64,000 nucleotides of DNA from an uncultured delta proteobacterium. Its GTDB lineage: Bacteria; Desulfobacterota; Binatia; UBA9968. This document shows positions 8,826 to 18,927 of the stretch, piece by piece. The stretch lies in NCBI GenBank assembly GCA_963727625.1, contig CAVSHR010000008.1, forward strand, positions 288,001-352,000, in the 5' to 3' direction. A model generated the notes under the pieces. The model saw nothing but the letters and a program-made list of their open reading frames with translations. It was not told the origin of the DNA and did not search any database. Position 1 is the stretch's first letter, and each line of letters opens with the position of its first letter. The position numbers and the translations under genes are program-made.

Positions 8826-9554
8826 TCATTTTTGCCGCGCCGCAAAGACCGCTTTGTAATCCGACCAGGCTTGCGCGCCGGCGCGATCAAAAACTTTCTC
8901 GCGCAGGCCGCCAGCATAATCGGCCGGAATATAGTTGATCCTTTCAGTGTAAGACGGTTTGACGCGGACTCCCTGGGATTGTAGCCGGTCGGCTTGAACG
9001 AGATTGGCCAAGACGGCGGCGATCTCTTCGTGATCGGTCCACATGGCCTTGTAGGCGACCCGGCCGTTCTTGTCGACGATGTAGATCATATTCGGCATGG
9101 AGCCGTAGCGCCGGTGCACCGTGCCCTCGAGATCGTCAACCAAGAGAGGATTTTCGATGTCGTCCTGTTCCCGGCAATCCTTGGCGTACCGAAGCTTTTG
9201 CTGCTGAGTCTTGTGCGCCGGGTAATTTTCGCCCGGGTGGGGTTCGCGTACGTAGATCGTAAAGAACTCGAAGCCGTGGTCGCGATGTTCTTTGTAGAGG
9301 CGATTTAAGGGCGAGACCTCGCCCACGAAGGGCGGTCACGTAATGCTACCGAACTCCAACAGCACGTGCTTCCGGCCGCGCAGGGCCGACAGGCGCACGC
9401 TCTCGCCTTCTGGAGTCGCGAGCTCAAAATCCGGCGCCTCGTCGCCGGCACGAAGGGTACTCTTGAACTCGTCGGATTTGCCGACGCTTTCGGAGCGCGC
9501 GAAGGCCGCGTAGTTGTAGCGTTCCGCGCCGCTTTTCATCTCTGGCTTGGCCAT
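8826..9554 (-). CDS. Deiodinase-like thioredoxin-fold selenoprotein (UGA 9336-9338 = Sec), 242 aa
   Basis: ORFs 9336..9575 and 8826..9326 are in frame: APDFEL...LLEFGSIT-TGA-PPFVGE...YVREPHPGE; SECIS-like hairpin follows. Confidence 0.88.
9309..9324 (-). promoter_or_regulatory. Bacterial SECIS-like hairpin
   Basis: GGGCGA-GGUC-UCGCCC starting 11 nt after the UGA; apical AGGUCU as in the E. coli fdhF SECIS. Confidence 0.75.
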
Positions 9555-9629
9555 AAATCTTCCTTTAGCTGTCAATTGGGTATGACTTTAAAGGTGCCAC
9601 GGGCGCCGAGTCAAGGCGGAGCCGCCGAC

Positions 9630-10157
9630 TTATGGGTCGTGGTAATTGAGCTCGTTGTGCTGGATCGTATTGACGAAGCAGAGCGCCAGCGGTTTGCCGG
9701 CTTTTTTGGCGAGAACGAGCAGTCGCGATGCGGTCTCGCTTCGTCTGAGGAATACCCGGTAGCCGAGCTGCTCGTAGGCGCTTTTTTCCGGCAGGCTGCG
9801 GGCGTAAATAATCGCCGCGCGCTCGCCGATCAAGCCCGGCGCGAGGCTTTGCGCCAACGGCAAGCCCTGGCCGGCGTTGTTGCCGAAAACCACGTAATCC
9901 ACGGCACCGTCCAGCTCCGCCAGCGCGGCCACGATCGCCGGTGATGAGACATCGTCCCAGTTTCTCATTTCGAACTTGGCCTGTGCCGCGGTTAGGACGG
10001 TCGGATATCCTGCCGCGACTTGAAAGATGCCGTTCCGCTGCACCAGCCGCGTCCACGGCAGCGGCGGGTCGGTGACAAACTCGCCAACGGTAACTTCGTT
10101 ATCCAATATCAAGGCGACGTAGTGATCGGTCGATAAGCGTTTAAGTTCTTGATTCAT
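9630..10157 (-). CDS. Hypothetical protein
   Basis: 175-aa ORF with typical codon usage; no motif recognised. Confidence 0.7.
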   Translation of the reverse strand: MNQELKRLSTDHYVALILDNEVTVGEFVTDPPLPWTRLVQRNGIFQVAAGYPTVLTAAQAKFEMRNWDDVSSPAIVAALAELDGAVDYVVFGNNAGQGLPLAQSLAPGLIGERAAIIYARSLPEKSAYEQLGYRVFLRRSETASRLLVLAKKAGKPLALCFVNTIQHNELNYHDP

Positions 10158-10174
10158 AAGTTCAATGTTGTTTG

Positions 10175-10576
10175 CTAATGATAGATTTGCCTAAAATCCT
10201 TTCCGTTCCATGGCATTAAGTAGCCGGTTCCTGGCGTCGACTCCCTTGCTTTGAGAACGATTTGAGGCCACCAGTGCACCAGGCTTTCTGCTTGTTTCCA
10301 AAACCCCTTGCTGGCCCAGCCGTCGGCGAAGAAGAAGGCGGTCAGTCCGGACTCTTGCCAGGCTTTTCTCTGTGCTTGTCCTCTCGATATTCTGGGATCC
10401 CCGGAAATAATGACCCAGTCGCCGTCGTCGGCGAGCTTACGAATCCATGCTTCATCAGTAGTTTCTGGCGCGAATCGCTCGGTGAGATGGACAAGTTCGT
10501 ATTGTTGTATTTGAGCAAGGATGCGGAGGGCTTCGACGAATTTTACTGAGACGCAGTTGTCGAAGAAAAATCTCAC
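10175..10576 (-). CDS. PIN-like domain toxin (VapC45-like)
   Basis: FFFDNCVS, DEAWI, WVIISGDPRI; GTGA overlap with the upstream gene. Confidence 0.8.
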   Translation of the reverse strand: MRFFFDNCVSVKFVEALRILAQIQQYELVHLTERFAPETTDEAWIRKLADDGDWVIISGDPRISRGQAQRKAWQESGLTAFFFADGWASKGFWKQAESLVHWWPQIVLKARESTPGTGYLMPWNGKDFRQIYH

Positions 10577-11274
10577 GCCGCCAGCTTGGTTTCAAACTGA
10601 ACCGCGTCCGCTACTTCTTGTGCGTCGATACCATACCACCGAGCGACAAAATCGACGGACTTCTCGGCTTGCACCGCGCTGTTGAGGATTTTCGTTGGAA
10701 TGCCGGCCCTGGCGACGATCGGCGCCCCGAACGCACGGCGCGGGTCGATCACGACGGAGCGATCTTTGCCGAGCGGCCACCAGCGCGTGGGTTCTTTCAA
10801 TTCGTTGAATTCCAAGCCCGCATACAAAAATGGCGCCATCACCGCCTTGAAGACAAATTGATCGCTCATAATATCGAGGAGGGCCTTGTCACCGGTTTCC
10901 TTTGTAATTTCCGCGAGAATCGTCCGGCCGTCCGATTTAAAGATCTGTGTGGAAAATGGATGGTGACGCCCGAGTAATTCTTTCGCCCGCTGCGATGCAA
11001 TCCGGAGAGCCTTTGTACTTACGCCTTTTTGTCTGAAGGCGTCGAGGAATCTGATTTCGATCAAATCCGCGAAGGTGAGAACGGGGCTTTCTCCAGGTTC
11101 CGGCTCCCGCCCGATAATCGGAGGCATAGTCAGACGGGTGCCACGATACGCAAACGTGTATCCTCGAGACCAACGGCTGATCCGGTGGCGGTTCACACCC
11201 GTCAGCAGAGACGCCTCTGCAAGCGTGTAAACCCCGCGCCCGACATTACTAAAATGCAACTTGCTTACCTCCAA
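10573..11274 (-). CDS. HTH plus DUF433 antitoxin (VapB45-like)
   Basis: YTLAEAS HTH start, LTFADLIE, VVIDPRRAFGAPIV, VARWYGI...VADAVQFE. Confidence 0.82.
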   Translation of the reverse strand: MEVSKLHFSNVGRGVYTLAEASLLTGVNRHRISRWSRGYTFAYRGTRLTMPPIIGREPEPGESPVLTFADLIEIRFLDAFRQKGVSTKALRIASQRAKELLGRHHPFSTQIFKSDGRTILAEITKETGDKALLDIMSDQFVFKAVMAPFLYAGLEFNELKEPTRWWPLGKDRSVVIDPRRAFGAPIVARAGIPTKILNSAVQAEKSVDFVARWYGIDAQEVADAVQFETKLAA

Positions 11275-11508
11275 TATGCGACGTTCTTATTCTAAACAGC
11301 TACCGTAATGCAAGCAACGGCTCGGATCGAATGAGCAACCTGCCTAACACGGTTTTACGGCTCGCCGTTAAATGCCCGAAGGAGCAGCGACTGAAAGAGA
11401 TCCTCCAAGCGGGGGCTGGCGGCTTGCTCGGCTTCCATCGCGCGGAGTTCGGCGATTCTTCAGTGATTTGCGCGTCGAGTCACGGGGCGCCCGGGATTTG
11501 TCCGGACG

Positions 11509-14349
11509 TCAGGTGGTCACAAACTGTGACCGGTTCATTTTGTAATTGGTTGCCTGCGATGATGCACCTGCGAGTATCCCGAGCACTTCTCCTGGCTGCC
11601 GCGCCACCGCCCAACTCCACTTCCCGAATCCGCCGTGCTCGTTCACCGCTTTCACCCACTCGTCGAGAAACTTGCGCTTGGTCTTATCCTGATCGGTGTC
11701 CTGGCCTTTTGTTTCGAGAACTAAGAAATTACCGGTCTTGAGCCGGACGATAAAATCGGGACGGTATTTGGCCACGACGCCCTTGAAAACGTACAGGATT
11801 TCAAATCCCAGATGATCGTTTTTGACCCAGGCGTCAACATCCCCACTGTGATCGAGCTGGAACGCATCGGCCGACTCCCAGGTGCTGTCGTAAACGCAAA
11901 AGTTGACGTGCGACCGCTTGGTGAATTCGCACGGCCTACCGCTGTACCAGGTTCGCATATCGCCGGTCGAAACGATGGGTCTTTCCGTGTCGAACACGAG
12001 AGCCAGCGATTCGGTATTCTCGGTGCTGATACTTTCCCACATATGTTGGACAACCTTGCCAAGATTGAGCGTCACAACAAGCCGGCGCCGAAGATCGTCC
12101 TGATTGAAGAGCGGCGGTGTGATGTCGATCTTGCCGGAGGCGACGAACTCTTCCATCAATCGAATGAGCCGCGCCAGCAGGTACTCTTTGCTGCCTTTCC
12201 AGCTCGGCTTCATCTGATCGAAAATGCCGCTGGCGGTCTCGAAGGCGATTTTTTGCCAACGAAATTTTCTTCCTAACTCCTCAATATCGATTTCAGAAAG
12301 CTTGGTGACATCCGGCTTGCCGTCGACGATCGGCGCCACTTCGGCCAAGGTCGGCGTCTTGAGAGCGTCCAACTCCAGCGGCTTAACCTTGGCGAAATCC
12401 AGTTTCAGCTCTTGCCGGTAGATATGGTCGATTCGGATGATGTTCGGCCAACTGATCTCGAATTCTTTCTTCTCGATGACCGGTTCGATTTTGGTTTTAG
12501 GCGCGGGTGGCGGTGGCGGAGGGCCGTCCTGCGCTTCATGCGGCAGGAAAGTAAAAGGCACTCCGAAAATGTTGACGTATTCCGCCTCGAACAGGTTTTT
12601 TTGCTTGTCGAATTCGTACGAGACCCGCCTGAGTCCACGCCCGACGACTTGCTCGCAAAGTAACTGGCTGGAGAAAGCGCGCAGGCCCATGATGTGAGTG
12701 ACCGTTCGCGCATCCCACCCTTCGGATAACATGCCGACCGAGATGACATTCTGAATCTGTTCACCGGGCTTGCCTTCTTTCCCGACCGTATCAACTTGTT
12801 GGCGGAGTTGCTCGGCGAGTTCTTTCTTGGAGAGCTTTCGCACCGGTTCGTCGTCATTGTCTTCAGCGTCATCTCGATCGTTGGCGCTGTTAAAGGTTAC
12901 CGGTTCTTCTTGTGCTTCTGCGGTATCAAGAACTTTAGAATCGATGTGCAGAGTCCGCTCCGGCGCGCAGAGTTCATCGAGCAATATTTTCTTGTGATCG
13001 AAGGCATACTTTACCCGCGCTGCAGTCTCCGTGCGGTTGGCGACGGTGATCATGACCGGCGGCGTGCGCAGTCCTTGCGCTTTCCATCCCTTCGCGGCTT
13101 CGAGCCAATCTTTACCGAGCAGGTAATATCCGGTGGTCACCAGGTCGGGCAGCGGTACTTGCTCTTCCGCTTTGCGATTGAGATCGTCTTTGACATGTTC
13201 GTAGATGTGGTAAAGCTTCGACTTGTAGGTCTTGGCGTCCGGCACACCGTCGTCGCGCACGACGACACGCGGCGTTTTGACGAGGCCGGATTCGATGGCG
13301 TCGTTAAGACCAAAATCACTGACAATCCAGTCGAACTAGGCTTCGTCCGAGCTTTGCTTGCCCGATAGCGCGAAAGGCGTCGCCGAGAAGTCGTAGCAAT
13401 TTAGAATTCCACGCGCCCTGTGGATACGGTCCAGCCCGCCGACCCACTTGGTCGCTTCTTCGATATCTTCCTTTTTGACGCCTTTGATCTTCGACTCCGC
13501 CGGTATTCGCCAGGCGTGGTGCGCCTCATCGTTGATGACCAAGAGATTGGGGGTGCTTGCCAGCTCGCCAAGGACTTCTCTGACGTAGGCTTCGTCGCTC
13601 TTCGCGCCACGCTTATCCACTGACTTTCTTTTCGCGATCCGTTCTTCCGAATCCCAATTGAGCGTGTGCCAGTTGCGCACCAGGACTTTGCCTTGGCGCA
13701 GCTTATCCAAGAGCGCCGCTGGCACGACGTTAAATTCATCGTAAAAATTATTCTGTCCCGCCGGCTCCAAGACTTGCAGCCGGCTTTTTACCGTGAGCCC
13801 CGGCGCGACGACGAAAACATATTTCGAATAGCGCGCGTCCTGCGGGTAGGTGACTTTGTTGATGACCTGCCACGCGATCAGCATTGCCATGACGATGGTT
13901 TTGCCCGAGCCGGTCGCCATCTTCGAACAAAGCCGCGTGAACGCGCCGCCGTCCGACGGGACATCGATGCCGACTTTCTCCGAAGCCGGCGCTTCGGCGA
14001 GCCAGATGAGCGTTTCCATCGCTTCCAACTGGCAGAAGAAAAACTGATGCTCGCGCTCGTCGGGATTGTTCCAGTGCTCTAGCAGGCGCTTGGTGATACC
14101 GGTGACGCCGGAATAGCCCGCTTCTCGCCACGCTTTCACGCGCGGGCGAATCTGATTGACCAGCGGGATCTCAACGAATATTCCGGGATCGTCGAAGGCT
14201 TTGGAGCTTTGCGATGCGATGACGTAACCAGCGGGCCGCCGACCTGTTTTTTGATCGAAGGTTCGGCTCTCGCGGTCATAGCTCCAGTAGTGTTTAGGCT
14301 CTTCGTAAGGCGAGTTGATGATGAGGTGATCGATGGTCGTTCGGGCCAT
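11509..14349 (-). pseudogene. Type III-like restriction enzyme Res subunit (SF2 helicase plus nuclease), interrupted by in-frame TAG at 13336-13338
   Basis: MATGSGKT, INDEAHH, FSATP, then SDEA-TAG-FDWIVSDFGLNDAIESGLVKTP in frame with SEGWD, QVVGRGLR and YRPDF...LETKG. Confidence 0.85.
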
Positions 14350-14369
14350 CCGTGTAACCAACCTGTGCT

Positions 14370-14582
14370 TCAGTTTGCCTGTGGAATAGACTCGAACAGC
14401 AGGCGGTTGATTTCGGTGTCCGGTGCCCGCTTCGACAGGTAGAGCATCTCCACGCCCACGACGCGATCCTGCTCGTCGTAATCCACGATGATGCCCGGCG
14501 ATACTTCCTCGGAACGGCTCGCCGGCGCGTCGGTCAAGCTTAGGTACAAGGCGTCGGCCTGTTGGTCCACTTTAAGCTTCAT
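14370..14582 (-). CDS. DUF2283-like small protein, putative antitoxin
   Basis: DQQADALYLSL...EVSPGIIVDYDEQDRVVGVEML. Confidence 0.8.
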   Translation of the reverse strand: MKLKVDQQADALYLSLTDAPASRSEEVSPGIIVDYDEQDRVVGVEMLYLSKRAPDTEINRLLFESIPQAN

Positions 14583-14827
14583 GGAACGGTCCTCCTTCGA
14601 TCAAAAAATGCCGTCACGATCCGGGGCGGCGTTGTTTTTCCGTTCACTATAACACGCAGGACGCGATTACCCCACTCGGGAATCCGGGCCAGCCGATGTT
14701 CGAGATCGAGATCTACGGGATCAGCTTCGGTCGCTTCTGGCAAATCGAGTACACGTTCGACCCAAGCCAACTCGATTTTTCGCTTTTCAAGAGCGTCGCG
14801 GGCGTGCTCGGTCAACTCGTAGGCCAT
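14579..14827 (-). CDS. DUF4258-like small protein, putative RelE/BrnT-fold toxin
   Basis: LTEHARDALEKRKI...VLRVIVN...IVTAFFDRR; ATGA overlap with the DUF2283 gene. Confidence 0.78.
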   Translation of the reverse strand: MAYELTEHARDALEKRKIELAWVERVLDLPEATEADPVDLDLEHRLARIPEWGNRVLRVIVNGKTTPPRIVTAFFDRRRTVP

Positions 14828-14834
14828 TCAACTC

Positions 14835-17399
14835 TCATCCGGGAAGGTCCAGAAGTCTCAGACTCTCGATTCCTCGATCATCCACGATCTTGACCGCGAT
14901 ACGTTTGTGCTTCCCGCCCTCAAACGGTAGCGACACCGTGCCGCGATACGCTTCGATCAGCTCTTCGTCGATCTCCGCCTTGAGATTTCGTGCCAGCCGC
15001 GCCCAGCCGTCGTTTTCACCGGCCAACGGGAAGAACACCTGCCACGGCAGCAAGCTTCTGCCGTCGTAGTCGATATCGAGCATCCAGATCGCGATCTTTT
15101 CATTGCCGCCAGACTCGATGGTGCCCGTCTTGGTGTTGTAGTAGTCGAAGCCCATCACTTCGACCTGAAACTTACCCTTGTCGTCACCATCTTTGATGTT
15201 CTTGAGCACGATGTCGGGCTGGCCGATGAGCCAGAAGCTCTCGTTGCTCGCACGTTTCTTCTTCAGGTCTTCGGTCAACAGATCGGCGTTCATCTGGACT
15301 TTGAGAAGCGTCACGCCCGGCCAGTCGGTCTCGTCGATGTCTTTGGCCGCTTCCGGATCGAACTGAAAGGCGGCGAACACGATGATCTTCGGCTTCGGCA
15401 CCAGCGTCTGCGCTTCCTCGATCGCCAGCTCGACCTGCTTCTGTTCCAGCGGCGCATGCTCGGGACCGAACGAAATTACAACCCGCTGCGGTTTGCCGTA
15501 AAGGCCCTCCGGATCTTTTACTTTGTCCGCACCTTTGTCATTCGGCTTAGTCTCAGCCTCCGCATGCAGCCACCGCGTCCCCGGCAGCGGCTCGACACGT
15601 GAGAAAAGAACGTACTGCCTCTTCTTGCCGCGGATACCGGACTTCAATAATTCATCGCGCCATTCAGCCTGCCGCAACGTTTCACCGGACCGTGCTATCG
15701 ACTCATCCGCCGGTTGGTCGCTTTTGATCTCAACCAGCGGCTTAACCATCGGCGCTGGAACTGCTTCAACAGTGAACGGACCGGTAACCCGCGCTCGTGA
15801 GTTGTCCACGAAAGGTTGATCGTAGAGAACTTCTTGGTCCGCGGGTTCGTTGTTGGCGATGGACTTCAAAGTAATATGCGGAACGGTTTTGTATTTGAAG
15901 CCGCTGCCGACTCCTTCATGCGGATGCGCCAGTTCGTAGTAATCGTACACCGCCGTCATCAACCGCTGCTTTGCGAGCGTCAGGGCCACGCGTGATGAGT
16001 CACACGTAATCCAGCGGCGGCCCCACTCTTCAGCGACATACGCCGTCGTGCCGCTACCGCACGTTATATCGAGAACCAAGTCGCCGGGATCGGTGGTCAT
16101 GAGGACACATCGCTCGACAATGCGTCGATTTGTTTGCACTACGTAAATCGGGTCGCGTTCACCATGGAAATCCCAAATGTTCGGAATCGGGCTGAACGGA
16201 AAGTCGTCGAAAAATACAATTCCTCTAGCGGTATTTCTGGCTGCTCTGAGCCGGCCTGTTTCCGCAAGGCGTCGCATTCCAATCTCTGGATCATAAGTCC
16301 AATGGCGGTTTCTACCAGGAAAAAGCGGTTGCCCGTTTAACAGGAAAGGGCCGCTTCGCCCTTCTTGTTCGTCCTGACTCACTAACGGGTAGTCATCGTT
16401 GAAATAGCGAACTTTATTTTGCTCTAAGTCCTCTAACTGGCATTCATCAATATCCTTAACAGACCCGTCCTCAAACAAAACATTCGAGAAGCGACTTTTG
16501 GCGTCGTTCACCTTTTGAGGTTCAAAGAGCCTGTGCAACTTTAACGATTTCTTGTCTTTTGCATACCAGAGAAGAAAATCGTTAATCGGATCGGTTGTCG
16601 TTGTAACGGATTTCTTCTTTACCACGATAGAAACTGCGAAGTTTCTTTTCCCAAACACCTCATCCATTTATTGTCGTACGTAGTGCAGATTCTCATCGCT
16701 GATTTGCACAAAGATACTACCGTTCTCCGTTAGCAATTCTTTTGCGAGCAACAGGCGGTCTCTGAGATAAGCCAAATAGGAATGAATCCCCAACTCCCAA
16801 GTATCCCGAAATGCTTTAATCATCTCGGGTTCTTGGGTCAAATCTTCGTCCCTCCCATCCTTCACTCGCCGTTTATTGGTAAATGGTTGAAAGTTCGAGC
16901 CATAGGTTATGCCGTAGGGCGGGTCGATGTAGATCATCTGTACTTGCCCGGCCATGCCTTCCTTTTCGAGCAGGGAATTCATCACCAGCAGGGAGTCGCC
17001 GGCGATCAGGCGGTTGGACCAGTTGTGTGGATGTTTATAAAACTCGATGGCTTCACGCAGCGGCGGGTTTTCTTCGGGCGATTGAAACAGCGACATCTGC
17101 TGATCGGCCTGCCCATTGCGTCTGCGTACTGCTTCGACAATCGTGCGCGGGTCGATGCGCTCGTGGACGTGGAGCGAAACCGTCGGCACTTCGAACGAGG
17201 TCCGCTCCGCTTTGCCGGCCCAAACCAGTTGCGGGTCGAGATGCGGATCGTAGGCGTAGGTCTTCTTGCCGCTCTCTTTGTCCGTCGCGGGCGTGACTAA
17301 CCCGACCGGCGGATTGTTCGCCCGCTGCTTGCCTTTATGCGCGTACTGCTCGATGGGTTTCTTTTTTGAGCGGCTCGCGGTCTTCTTCGGTTTGGCCAT
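14835..17399 (-). pseudogene. Type III-like adenine DNA methyltransferase (Mod, beta class), interrupted by in-frame TAA at 16668-16670
   Basis: IYIDPPYG (motif IV) in the N-part and VLDITCGSGTT (motif I) in the C-part; junction [17 protein letters not shown] is in frame. Confidence 0.85.
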
Positions 17400-17581
17400 T
17401 CCTATCTCCGGATCAAGCCTTGTCAGAAATTAATCTTGAAATTTCCGCGATCTTACGCGATGCCGCAGCAGTCTGACAAGTCCAATGCCTTGAATCCTAA
17501 TCATACCGAACGTACTCTGAGTATCGGTGCGAGAAGTGATTGTCCTCTGGTATCGGAGATTGTGCCATAAGGAGCGATGCC

Positions 17582-17722
17582 TTGATTGAATCCCTACTGG
17601 TAGCCGTGACCCGGGTTTCGACGATGGCGGGCGGGACGCCGCTCACCGGCGCCACCGGCTTTTTTTTCGAGCGCGACGGCCGATGGTTTCTCATCATCAG
17701 CCGCCACGTGGTCGGAAATTAA
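17582..17722 (+). pseudogene. N-terminal fragment of a trypsin-like serine protease
   Basis: TGATGFFF...WFLIISRHVV* matches the GTGF...LVTNxHVV catalytic-His motif, then stops. Confidence 0.55.
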
Positions 17723-17829
17723 TCTTGGAATTTTGCGGATTTTACACGAGACCGCGCCATCTGGGCAAGGATGGAAGAATTCGTTTTGACGACGAATACC
17801 GAAGAACAGAAAATATAAGGAGAAAAAGG

Positions 17830-18075
17830 TTATGCGGCGGCGAAATCTGGCGCGTCGTAAAGAACGATCAGCTTGTCCGGTTGGACCGGCAAGATGGCAT
17901 ACGCCCGGCCGTCACGGTCGGCGAACTCGACTTCGCAGGTCCCGTCCATGTAAGTCATAACCACGGTGCCGATTTGCCCGCGATGCAGGAGCAATGGCCG
18001 GCCACTTTCGAAATGCTTTGCTGGCACTTCTTCTAGCAGTGCTACCACGTCGTGCATGTGTAAGTTGCGGTTCAT
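17830..18075 (-). CDS. DUF4926-like small protein
   Basis: HDVVALLEEVP...LHRGQIGTVV...CEVEFADRDGRAYA. Confidence 0.8.
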   Translation of the reverse strand: MNRNLHMHDVVALLEEVPAKHFESGRPLLLHRGQIGTVVMTYMDGTCEVEFADRDGRAYAILPVQPDKLIVLYDAPDFAAA

Positions 18076-18307
18076 CGATTACAATCGAATGCGATTCACG
18101 CTTAGGCCAGCCCATACTTTATTCCCGACGAAACTTGGTTCATCGGCTGATCTCTAGTCAGCGTCATCAAATCCACTTTCAGGCGAAGCGAAACTCACGG
18201 GCAGTCATTGCACCGCGGCTCAAACACCGCTTTGGGTTGAACGCAGCGTCGCGTTGGCGATCATCGGTCAACGCCGTGACTGCGGCTCCATTTATTTCTC
18301 GGTTGTC

Positions 18308-18483
18308 TGCCTAAAATATAATCGTGCTGCGTAAATCGTAGGCAGTCGTTTACGTCGTTTCACTGCGAAAGGAGTCGCGATCTAGTCGAAACTTAGCCGT
18401 AAAAAACTCATAAAATTATGTCGTTAGTCTATGAAGAAGTCGTGAAGAGAAGGGCCTGTGTGGAGCGAGGCACGCGCGTTGCT
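18308..18483 (+). promoter_or_regulatory. Sigma-54 promoter of glnK-amtB with upstream NtrC-like sites
   Basis: AGGCACGCGCGTTGCT (GG 18469, GC 18481); TGCGT-N7-AGGCA at 18328-18344 and a half-site at 18308. Confidence 0.75.
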
Positions 18484-18529
18484 ATGAGGGTGTTGATCGA
18501 TTTCGAGTGATTGCAATTGAAACGGTTAA

Positions 18530-18892
<363 letters not shown>

Positions 18893-18927
18893 TTTAACCG
18901 AGTTTTCCAAGCGAGGAGGTTTAGAAA

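Noticed and set aside
11342-11373. GCCTAAC...GTTAAAT resembling integron attC R''/R' boxes upstream of the DUF433/PIN pair
   Set aside because: Only 18 nt between the boxes, far shorter than attC sites; no L boxes, other cassettes or integrase in the window
13336-13338. TAG in res as pyrrolysine or an alternative genetic code
   Set aside because: TAG terminates intact core genes here (clpX, tuf, rpoB, rplK); no pyl genes in the window
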